64,000 bases of DNA from Thalia democratica (lineage: Eukaryota): NCBI GenBank assembly GCA_965202585.1, contig OZ241832.1, positions 29,946,001 to 30,010,000 on the forward strand, written 5' to 3'. The notes beneath the pieces are model-generated. The model worked only from the letters and a program-made list of their open reading frames with translations. It was not told where the DNA came from and made no database searches. Position 1 is the first letter of the stretch; the number at the start of each line of letters is the position of its first letter. Shown here one piece after another: positions 38,071 through 49,449 of this stretch. The translations under genes and the position numbers were made by a program.

Positions 38071-38499
38071 TATTTTAATCATTGTCCACATGTCTACAAC
38101 TCTTTCAAACTGTCCTTTAAAAACTTTGTGGTGAAATCTTCTGTTGTTAGAGATATCTTTGAACTCCAAGGTTCTATAATGTTAGCATTTTTGTAGGTTT
38201 TAGCTTTTAAAGAAACCTTGTATGCGTTCATTTTACTTTGCAAAATATCGTTGTCAAGCTTTAAACAAGACCTTTGCACAGGTAAACTTTTCAGCCTCAT
38301 CAGTAGCAACATTAATTTATACACTTTATATTATTGATAATATTCTTAATTTTATTTCAACCTGTGTTTGGCACCCAGGATTTGATATGGTTGCTGTAGA
38401 TTTGATCCAGATTCAGTGGAATACTTGCAAATTAAAAGCTAATTTAATGTTTGTCCTTTTATTTCTGCATTGTTAAATATATGTTTAGAATATATGTAG

Positions 38500-38950
38500 A
38501 ATGAAATGAACTGTTGAACTCTCTTTTCATGTTTGATTTCTGTAAATAGCTCATATTAAACTTTCTCAAACTAAATATTATGTTTATATTGATGTATGAC
38601 ATCTAAATTTTGCTATCAGGTTTCAACTTTCAGAAGATTTTTTGATACCATGGAAGTTAGCTTCTTAAACTCTATAATTACTTCACTGGTTACATCTAGA
38701 TTGTAATCTTTAAAATCCTTGTAGATAAATGGATTCACAATCCATTTAAGGTTTTTACAATCATCCAACACACTTTTTGGGAAATATAAAGAAAAATTGT
38801 CAGAAAGAAGGTTGAGACGACTAATTACGAATCTCTTTAGTTAACTTTCTAGATCAGGATGTCCAGTTTCCCATTTGCACGTTTTCAAAAAGTTTCTAAG
38901 ATCTGGTAACATGGGAAAATCTTCACAGTTAACTTTTGTCTACCCAATGT
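38500..38950 (-). pseudogene. hAT Buster/ZBED5-like transposase C-terminal remnant
   Basis: Minus frame reads RLNLLSDNFSLYFPKSVLDDCKNLKWIVNPF, matching the family motif L..L...F..YFP...WIxNPF. Confidence 0.7.
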
Positions 38951-39559
38951 TTTAATTATTCATGGTAGTTGTTTTTACAATAAAATAAATCTCCCCCTGA
39001 ACTTTAGAGTGATTAGTATGTTTAGCTCTAAAAAAAAAGAACTTAAGTAGTGAACTCCACCAAGCCACTCTAGATCATTGAAGTGGTTTGCACTTTCACT
39101 TTTGTTCTGAATAAGAAAGTTTTCTTTTGTTTATTTTGATACAATAAACTTTTGAGGACTTTTCTTCGTGACAAAAATCGAACTTCTGAATGAAGGATAA
39201 GTGTGTCGTGTTCTGCTAAGAATTTTTTGTCATTACTTACTTTGGATGTTGTCTAGTTTCATTTATAATCATCACAACGTCGGAAAAACTTTTTAGTAAA
39301 GTACGTTGTTCAGATTCTTTTCATGTCATTTTTAGCTACTAGAGTAACATGCAGTGAAGAAACTAATAATCAAGATCATTTTGTAATAATCAAGATCATT
39401 TTGTTTTTTGTAAGCATTAAGTCCTTTGTGTACTCCAACCTTTGCAGCTACTCCATCTGTAGTTTTACTTTGCAAGAAGGTGGGGTTTTCTTCTTTTATA
39501 CAAACTGTTGCTCAAAGAAGCTCAAACTTTTGGCTTAAAAATTGTTTGGTTATGACAGT

Positions 39560-40134
39560 TCAACTATGTTAATATTTTTATTTTGGTGGTCAAGTTGATT
39601 TCTATTCGCATGAGGTCTTCCATGAGCACAAGTCTAAACTTTACGAAATATCGAAATGAACGGAAATTTTACCGAATATCAAAAAGAGAGGAAGTTTCAC
39701 TTCCCATGAAATACGATTGACATGTCGAATTTACCAAGGTAAATTGATTATTTTAAATTGAAATTAATCAAGTTTGTTGTATCATATTTAAAATTTTTGT
39801 AAACTAAACTACTACTATTAGTAATTATTCTGTACAAAATAATTAATCTTTCAAGGTTTTTAATTTAAATATATTATTAATTTAATTTAGATATATTTTT
39901 TTAATTAATAAAATAATTAACAGTTTGCTGCGATTAATTCGAGTGCAGCTGATCAACTTGAGGAAGGCGATCAGAGGTTGTATGAAGAGCGAGTTGGAAG
40001 CCCTGGTGTGTGAGTCCTCATCATAGGGAAAGTACCTGATGTGTTGATTACTCCTAACCCATTTAAAATTTTAAGCCGCTTAGAAGCTACAATACATCAT
40101 CAGTTTTTCGCCTCTTTGCTCAAATTTCTGCAGG
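39560..40134 (+). repeat. Duplicated unit with a conserved GT-AG intron (copy 1)
   Basis: Donor ACCAAG|GTAAAT at 39738/39739, acceptor TTAACAG|TTTGCTGC at 39922/39923 and a second donor CTGCAG|GTAAAT near 40134. Homologous to 63560-64000. Confidence 0.6.
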
Positions 40135-40874
40135 TAAATTTTCTACTTAAATTTGATTCAAAGGAGATAGCTAGTTTAATATGGTTCCATTTTCTATAAA
40201 CTTTTTAAATATTTGTTATTGAGTCTAATTAACACATAAACTATACAACTACCTACATTTTAATACGTAAAAATAAAACATGTTAATAGTTCAAAAACAA
40301 CAGGATAGAATACAAATAAAATCATTAATATTCTAATAATACTAAAAAATAATATTTATGTAATTTTAATATTTTATTCACTACCAAGTTTAGGTGGCAA
40401 AAAAATACAACCTTGTCAAGTCTTAACTGTGTTGTTTATTTATAATCTTATTTAAAATGAAAATCTAAACCAAACTAAAATATTTCTTTTTCGAAAAATT
40501 CAAGTGTAAAATTGGGTAAAACTTATACTAATATTAAAGCAATTTGAATTAAATTAATTTAACTAGTCATAATTTGAATGGAATTAAGAACTATGTAAAA
40601 ATTAGACTTTTAACCAAATATCAACAAAACATTAACAAAACTCAAAACTTAATTTCTAAAAGTCGAAACCTATTTTGTATTAATAATATAAAGTACTATA
40701 AATTTTTGAATAAGTTTTAAAATGTTTATTTTTACACTAGCACATGTCCTATGTATTAACTGAAATAGTTTAAGACGACTGTTTGAAGTTTAATTTTTTT
40801 AAGGAATTTATTATCATTAATTTATTCACATTTTAGTCCAAACACACAAGTTTCCTGAGTACAAACTACAGAAC

Positions 40875-40985
40875 TAAAAGGAAGTGTTTCAACGACCGAT
40901 CACGTGCGAGCAATCAGACAACCGACAGATCACCAATCACATTAAGCGAGTTTGTTGACGAATGAGCAGATCACTGAACGTTTTA
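40875..40985. promoter_or_regulatory. CpG-rich promoter-like motif cluster
   Basis: GGAAGT (40880), CACGTG (40901) and CCAAT (40933) lie in a locally GC/CpG-rich island. A palindromic GTCACGTGAC and a donor CAG|GTAATT occur near 41480-41495. Confidence 0.35.
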
Positions 40986-42356
40986 CGATTTTAACTGTTT
41001 ATTTTTATTCGTATCTATTTTCTGAATTTTTATAAAACTGAATACACTGAGTAGTTGTTTTATTTTACTCGCTTAGGTATCAGGGACAAATATCTCTTTT
41101 AGATGGGGAAAAGGTTTAAAGAACAGGTTACTAATTGTTTTGTCTGAATTAGACATAAAGTATTTACTAAAATTATGTCAAATTAACCACCAGGAGATGA
41201 CTTGCATAAGTAGCTGTTTAAAAATAAATTATTACGATTATTCCTAGTTAATGTTTTAAAAGATCGCATGAGATTTAGACACGTTTAGTCTTCTAAGAAC
41301 AATAATTCAAATGATCGTACTAATTACTCAATAATATTGATGAAAGTTTTTTTTTTTACTTGGTTTTCTTAAATAGTGGAAATATATCGTTGCTAGTTTT
41401 AAGTAACAATTTTATTGAAAATCGATTAACATAGTTAAATATTTTATCAGAAAAATCTAAGTCTGATCAGTGTTTTAGTGTCACGTGACCAGGTAATTTG
41501 AAAGTTTTAATGATATAACTTCAGGGTTGCCACACACTAAAGGTAATTTTCAATTTATAGAAAACCTCAATAAAATTTTGATTTTTCTTAAACTCAATGC
41601 AGTTTTGACTTTTTCTAAAAGTTTTAAGATTTTAAAAGAATTTTCTCAGGGAAATTTTTTTCTAGAATGAGATTTGGTTAACCCAGTTTCAGTATTTTAC
41701 TCAAAGGTTTATGTGCTTAAAAATTTTCAGCGTTGCGGCTAGTTCTTCAATATTCTTAGAATTAATATTGTTATTTTTAATATTTGTCTTGACTAATGTT
41801 AACCATAACCAAACACTTTGGAAATATTAAAGTTGTGGTTAACTTTTCATTTAAATTCTCTAATAAACTATTAATTTTTAGTCACTTCAAAGTAGTTATA
41901 TAAAACTATATTGTACTATAAGTTATTATTTATTAAATAAGCTTTACAACTACTTGTTTTCAGTAAAAAGATAAATTAAAATCCAATAAAAACTTAACTA
42001 TTATTTATAAAGTTAACTAACATGTTTACACAATATTGTGCACAACTTTTGTTTAACATCTCAATTGATTAAATTTTTTTAAATAGTTTTAAGAATAGTA
42101 AGCATCTAATGCAGATTCAAACCATTACAACCTTTCTTTTATTATTAAAGAAGAAAAATGAGGTATTGTTTGCACCAGAAGCAAAAAAGATTAAGGATTT
42201 TAATTAAATGTCTCATTAAATTGTAAAGTACCAGCATTGTTTTACTTATTCAAATTACTTAATTATGTTCAGCATAAAGAAGTATATGCGGAATAGGCTT
42301 AAAAAAGTTTTATTAAGACTAATTTCTTCTGTTTGAAAAACAAGAATATTTTTTGC

Positions 42357-42605
42357 ATAGAGCTTGATCCCGCCCGATCAAAAGAAACCCGAAACAGTTG
42401 CCACCCTCACTTTTGAACGGGTTTCATTTTTGTACGAATCGTCTTTTATTCACCAGTATTTACTTTTAAAAAAGTCGTCATTTTTTAAACGTGTGAAAAT
42501 TTTGGTAGTGATCTACCGAATACAAGACTCGGATTCAAATTCTGCTGAACCCTAATTTAAAAAAGAGATTCAGATCCGGCCGAATCCGAAATTTCGGATC
42601 TAGTA
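42357..42605. mobile_element. Probable hAT-like MITE remnant
   Basis: Short GC-rich unit with GATCC/CGGAT subterminal motifs, similar to 44330-44530. Termini are only weakly inverted. Confidence 0.3.
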
Positions 42606-43799
42606 GACCATTCTAAACTTATTAAATTTTACTCAGTTGTTTGTCAAAAGTAAAACTAATTAATGATTTCACACTTTAGTTGATAAAACAGTGCTTTTTC
42701 ACACTTATAAAAGCCTTCTCAACTTTGATTTAGAGTTTGCACACAGTTTAAAATCTATAATAGATTATTTTTGTTAGACTCGCAAAAAAAATTCATCACA
42801 TAGTTAAGGCGTTTAATCTCAGCTTTTTGGATAACCGCTCTTACTTATTCATCATAAGTTTAGTCTTTTTATGCTTGCTCATGAACCTAACTCGGTTCAA
42901 ATAACATTTTGGATTTTCGCTTACTAGTATATAAAATAAATATACTTGTAGGTAATTTAATTTATTTCATTTTAATAAGGTTTTTCTCAGGTCAGTTCAG
43001 TGAAATCTTATCTGCAAAGCTTAGGCCTTACCAGGATTTCGTTTTCTAAACATCTCTATTAAGGTTATCTTGAAAACTTATGACATATATTTTATGGATA
43101 AAGTATGGAGTTTTTAGTAGGGAGGTCAAGTTTACAAAGAGTAGAGAATTATTTAAAACGTCTTTTGTTTGGTTAATATTGTTTTCAGTCTCCATTTAGA
43201 TGTAGTTGATCATTTATTTAATTGTTTTATAAACGGTTTGTGACAAATATTGTGGGACATAAATAATAAATTTCACTTTTTTCCTAATTAAAAAATAAGT
43301 CATGTTACTGTGTCTATTTTGGAAAGCCTGTAAAACAAAATAAAAAATCTCAAATATAACAAAGTTTTTATATAACGGTCAATTATTAATAATAATAAAA
43401 AAAAGTCCTTCTTAAATATTTAACACTAAACATTAAAACAGGTGCTTGCATACTTTAAGCTATATACTTTTGTGTGATTTTTTTATATATATTTAACTAA
43501 GAATATTAATTAATGACATATATGCTTTAACTTCAATCATTTTAATACTTTATTTTCAAAACAAAGTTCTAAAGAAGAAAAACAAACTGTTAGTAATAAA
43601 ATCTTAATTTAATTAAAACAGATTTTAATCTTTTTTGATGTTCTATTTTTTTGAGTGAAAGATTGTTATGAAAACAAAATCTTAAAATAACTGAAGTTAT
43701 ACCATTCTCTTTAAAATAACATAGGGACCTTTAATTGTTATTTATCTTTAAAACATATATTTCTTTTACCGCGCATTAGTTGAATAAAAATTTATAGTG

Positions 43800-44530
43800 C
43801 AAACACTGTGTTTGGCATTAACGGGAAATCAAGGGTGAGCACACTGGCCAAAACATTCGTAATTACATTCGGGATATGCTTATCAATTGGAATATTACCT
43901 TGGATCATGTTCACGTTTTTTTTGCGAGACAATTCAAGAAACATTAAAAACACAAACAAAACAAAAAGCCTTGCTTCTTGTTTAATATAGGGCTACAAGG
44001 CGAATCTCATCATATCTTATGCTACAGAGACTTAAAAGCTAAAATCAGGTGTCCGGTACTATGTTGCTAAATATAAAAACAATTAAGATTCGATTATTAC
44101 AGCTAAAGAATGGCAACTGGTACACCACATTATTCTACTGTTCGAACCTTTTTTTTCAAACAAATGAGTGAAACTATGCATTGCTCTCAAGCGTGATGCC
44201 GCATGCAAGATAACTGACGAAGTTTGTTAACACTTGAGAAAATTCAGAAGAACTATCAAATTTTCGTAAAACTTAAGCCAAAAACATAGGAGAGGCTTGC
44301 AAAAGAAGGTTCAATGCTAAGGTTGGGCAACGTTTTTAATCGGGCCGGATCCGGATATTTTTGTCATTGGCAAGTCGGAGCATTTAGGATTAGTGATTTA
44401 CCTGATCCAGTATCTGGATAATGTCTTATTAAATCAGGATCCAGCTGGATCCTAGTTTGAAAGAATTAACCGGATCTGAATGGATACTGGTTTTAAATCG
44501 AGATTCCGATTCTTTAGATTTTTTTAAACC
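43800..44530 (+). pseudogene. hAT (Ac/ZBED1-like) transposase remnant plus a hAT-type end with CCGGAT subrepeats
   Basis: Plus frame ITAKEWQLVHHIILLFEPF (eW..i..l...LePF motif), followed by TAAGGTTGGGCAACG and several CCGGAT/GGATCC motifs. Confidence 0.55.
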
Positions 44531-46749
44531 TGCATAAAAAAAAAAGGATTTTGTTGATATAGAAATAAAGTTCAAGTATGTTTTTCCTTTAATATTTGAA
44601 TTGAAAAAGTTAAGAAAATACAGCAAATCTCTATTTGGTAATTTAAACAATATTTGGTTGTTTCAGCTAACAGTATGGTCTAAATCGAATAACGTATAAC
44701 AAAAAAAGTATTATATACAAATAACTTTTCAAGTCTTTCTACTTTGTGTTACATTTAAACATTTTTTTTTTCGTTTGTTCATAGTTTCGCATTTTTAACT
44801 AGTTAAATTTCAGTTAAACACCGTATAAATATACTATATACCTTTCTACTGAAAAGGTATACAGTTTCACTATCTATACTTTTTTGATGCTGTTTTAAAA
44901 CACTGACACGTTTAATAGCTGTAACATAGAATTTATGCTTTACATTAATTAGATATATTTTACAAATGATTTAAGTTAGCTCAGCATCACAAGGAAATAA
45001 TCTCATTTATAATTTTTATATGTTTTTAAAATTTATCTCATTCTTTTAAAGTGTAAATTAAATGTGTAAGGTTAACTATATTTATGTATTTCGTTTGTAA
45101 TAAAGAAAACAACCATAAGTTAGCAACGTATGACAAAAAAATCAAATAAAGTGTTTTAGTTTGGTAGATTCCATACCAATCTCCTTCTCTCTTAACTTTG
45201 GTTATTTTTTATTACTTTTTGCGCTAGTAAACAACGAAATATACTATAAACTCATCTAATAGAGAAATCAATATAAATTAATAGTAGACCTAAATTAACG
45301 TTAAACAGGTCAACTTTAACAGTACTTAAAGATAAAAAAATTTAAAAGATTGTTTTAACACAAATATTTTTAACAAATCTTTATCAACAACAGAGTATAA
45401 TATAAAATTAAAAAAACTATTAACAGTCTAAACAAAAATATATAGTAAAAAAAAGTCATTTGAAATTAACGACATTAACTTCATTTTAAGCTGCTAGTTT
45501 TATACTTGTGAGAATTTGTTCGTGTTATCTTCTTCAAGATTTTTTATAAAAAAACACTTTGTTTAATGATCATGTTCTTGAAAATGTACACTTTCTTAAT
45601 GTTTTATATTTCCTCTTTTCGATTATATTACTGTGATAATTTAGTTTACTTGCTTAAAACTCCGCGCGCTACCAATTTAATTTTTATTAGTAGCGCTGAG
45701 GTTAAAGGTCAAAAAAGTCTATTTGTAAGTTTTCTTTGAGAGGAAATAATAGGTGTTTCTCTTAAAGTCTACCAACTAATTTTCAAAACATATCTTTCTA
45801 CCTGCTGGATCCTACTGAAAAGTGGCTGCCTCACCACTAATAGTTAGTTTAACTAGTGTGTCTTAATTTTTTATAATTTATGAGTTTTGTTATATATTAT
45901 AATAGATATCATTCACAACAGTGGCTTTAGTAGGAAATCAGTTTAAATTTTAAAGTCCTTAACTAGTCAATTATTTCAATTTGTAATAAGTTAACTTCAG
46001 TTTTAAAAAGCTTAAAAGAAAATTTTTATCTATATTTTAGGTGAAGTAATTTCTAAATACTTCATGAAAGTTAGGTTTGGTAATAACTGAAGTCCCCAGA
46101 AAATGTTTATTTTTGCAAGGGGTAGAGTTTGAGACTGATGTTTTAATACCATATGAAATAAAAGTCAAATAGTTTTGCTGTTTTACTTGAATGTTGTTTG
46201 TCAGTAAAAATAAAAATTCAAGTTATATTATATAAATTAAAGTTGCTTTAAATGGTTGAGATTCATCAGAAATACTAGGTTAAATTTTGTCTGATTATAC
46301 AGGGTTGCCACATACTACTAAGTCTACTTGGGCTACTTAAAAAATGTTTTGAAACTCAAAAATATTAAAAATTATGTTGTTTGTTAAATTCATAGGTTAT
46401 TTTTATGGTAATTTTAGGTATATAAGCTTGGTATATTATGTAAAATTTTGACTCACAATAAGGCCCTATTTAATTGTAAATTAAATCTACTCATGCTAGT
46501 TTTTGCTCACTCAGGCTGACTTTTTTTGCCTTAGAAAGTGGTGATTCTGATGATATTATGTATATTCATTTTCAGTTAGAGGGATCAATTTACTTATTAC
46601 ATAATTTTTTAACAATCTGTGTCTACCTGCACTTTGATATACTAATCTTAGAATTTTATAAGTACATTATGTAGAACTGTTTTTACAATTTAATTTAGTT
46701 TTATTTATCTTAGATAGTTTAGCTAATTATTAATACCTAAATATTGTAA

Positions 46750-47107
46750 CAGGGTTGCCACTTTACCTGGAATCCTGGGAAAACCTGGAGTTTGACAATT
46801 TAGGCAAAAATAACCTAAAAAAACCTGGAATTTAAGAAATTTTGAAAAAAACCTGGAATTCTGAACAAAAAACCTGGAAAAACTTGGAATTTTTAAGAAC
46901 TTTAACATGTTCAGTAGTAAAATGTCATCACCAAAAATTTTTTTATTAAAAGTCAAATTCTAAGTAGCTTTACAGTATCTTTTCAATTATTTTATACTAT
47001 TTAAAACTGTTTCTTACCTTAAATTTAAATTTAAACTTAAAATAAACCCAAAAATGTGTTCTTTTAAAAACCTAGAAGAATTTTTGAAAAAACAAGTGGC
47101 AACCCTG
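46750..47107. mobile_element. MITE with CAGGGTTGCCAC terminal inverted repeats
   Basis: CAGGGTTGCCAC at 46750 and GTGGCAACCCTG ending at 47107, with internal AAACCTGGAA subrepeats. Solo ends of the same type occur near 41522 and 46300. No perfect TSD. Confidence 0.8.
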
Positions 47108-47699
47108 TTGTAGTCTGCTAATTTGAAGAATTTTACCTCAATATTCTTTTGAAGTTGTAAAAGAAACATTTAATAGTAAAGACAATTTATCCTTAAAATG
47201 TTCAGTAGACATTTTTTTAATCTAATATTTTTAATTAATACCTCAGGTTGTATCACTGTTAGACTTCTAGGCCATCTGAGTAAACTCTTTTTATACAAAA
47301 TTCAATGAATCCTATAGTTTTGTAAATTATATAATTTTTTTATCCTTTTTGAGATTAAATCTCTTCTGTAAGAAGTATCATATAAAAAATGTACTGCATT
47401 TTGGTAATTGCCTAGGATGATGTTGCACCAATATCAAAGTGAAAAATAGTTTCATTTTGATATTGAAAAGCTCTTAATCTATAATAAACCTTAATTTTAG
47501 AATTGTAACTTATGAAGTATGTATCAGCTTACTGTACCCTTAAGGTAGCACTAATTTTTTTTATTAAAAAAAATTTAAAGTTAGTTCTTATGTATGTAAA
47601 GTTAAAATAATGCACACACACAGACCTTAATAATAAAGACTGGTGTAAAGTACGCACCTCTTGTCAAGTACCCAAAATTTTTTTTTAAATTTTTAATTA

Positions 47700-48740
47700 T
47701 AATTCAAAACTATGGCTCAACAATAAATCTAGAAAAAGGAAGGCTTTGCCTGATTCTACCATTAAATTGTGAAATGGCTGTTGGAAGTGTTTGAACAAAA
47801 AAAGGTACCTATGTACATGTAGTTCAAATTTTTTACCCTTATTTTATTACCTTATCTTTGAGGTCACCCCAGAACCTTTCATCTTTCTGGGTGTAGACCT
47901 CTTTATTTTCCAGATCAACAAAATGTTTGTTGTGGTTGATAACTTCATGTTGTAATTCAATAGTTGGCCGTTTAAGTCAATTAAAAACTCAATTGAGTTA
48001 TACAATGACCAGCTGTCCGTCATTATAGTTGTACCTGGCTTGTGGGCTATTATTAGCGGTTCTAAGGTGTCCATATCCCTTCTTCCTCCCATTCCTAACA
48101 GCACAGCAAATCTAGGCTTACTGCCCCTGTAAACGTTTAACAACTTGTCATTTAATAAGATCTCCTAATGGGTTTATTACAAAAAGGTAAAGTGTTATAA
48201 CTTACCACAAATAGGTTGGTACAATCTATTGTTAAAGTTGATGGCTATTTAGCATGACTAAAAGAAATAAATTTAATCCTAACCTTTCAACTTGACCAAA
48301 AGTCCAAAAATATTCTTTTTCACCAACTCTCTACCACTGTTGTTTTTGGTCTGGATGACACATGGGTCTCGTCAATATTTGCAATTTTTCCAGTCAATCT
48401 TTTCTTGGATAACAAGTGCGTTTTCACATACCTTTGCATTAACAGTGTTGTTATTAATTTCTAAATGCCTGCTGACAGTTTTAAAATCAAAATTCTTCTC
48501 AACAAACTCCATAGCTTGTTCTGTAATGGTGTAGTATTAGATCCTGTAAATGTAGAATAATACAAAATAAGTATTATAAGGTATAAATAGTATTTTGTAA
48601 GATATTGTTTAAAACATCTCAAACTGAATACTGAATGAAAACTGAAATGCACATAAACCTCCTTTTACTCAGAAATACTGGCACCTTTCTTTGCTGCTCC
48701 TTTTGTTGCATCTAATACTGCCTTCTTTTTTCATGTTAAA
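47700..48740 (-). pseudogene. Intron-containing Merlin (IS1595-like) transposase pseudogene
   Basis: Fragments in order: IRCNKRSSKERC; GKIANIDETHVSSRPK/NNSGR (first D); WTFGQVE-R, intron 48283-48127, then GSKPRFAVLL...RDMDTLEPLIIAHKPGTTIMTDSWSLYNSI (second D); and ERFWGDLKD in a shifted frame. Confidence 0.8.
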
Positions 48741-49449
48741 ATGTTTTTAATGTTTTGTTATTTTATTAAATGATCATAAGCAGCAAAATAAATTAATAGA
48801 AGTATTATTTTTATGGAGAATTTAAACTATAGCTGTAAAAAAGACTTAAAATGTAGCAAGCTTGGCTACATTTTAAGCTGTTCCACGACCTGATGAAGCT
48901 ACAGAACAGATCGAAGGTTTTCTTCTTTTGTTGATTTTCTGCTTCAGCCAGCAATATGCTGTGTGAAATTCCTGGCGTGAAGCTTGTGGCTCGAAACAGC
49001 TGAGTTATAGTTTTTATATGATTCTTCATATTTCCATTTATCTAATAACATGTCACCAAGTAGACCATGTGCTCTGTAAAAGAAAGCATCTTCATTGCAT
49101 GAGGTAGCACAGGTGAACATTGACTTTTTTAATAAAACATTTAAAAATGAAGTTCACTTGTAAGTTCAATCCTCATCATGATTGTTTGTGTCCTTTAAGT
49201 TTGAGTGTTTTCCACACTTATATACTTTATATCTGTTTATTAACACTTAGTGTGTTGCTTTATCTTTTACTGTTCCACCATATTTGCAAGCTGTTCGTAG
49301 TATATATTTTAGTAGATTGATAAAAGTTTCTTAAATTAAGATGCTACTTGCGACTTTGCAAACTAGGCTTTAAAGCCATTACTTGTTTTTGAAATCCTTA
49401 CCCTGTTTTGTTTTAAAAAAGTGCTGAAATAAATAGTGTTTTCAAATGA

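Noticed and set aside
39364-39403. Perfect 20-bp tandem duplication TAATAATCAAGATCATTTTG x2
   Set aside because: An ordinary slippage duplication in decayed repeat DNA.
47535-47560. TTAA-GGTAGCAC as a Kolobok-type terminus
   Set aside because: No matching opposite end was found in the window.
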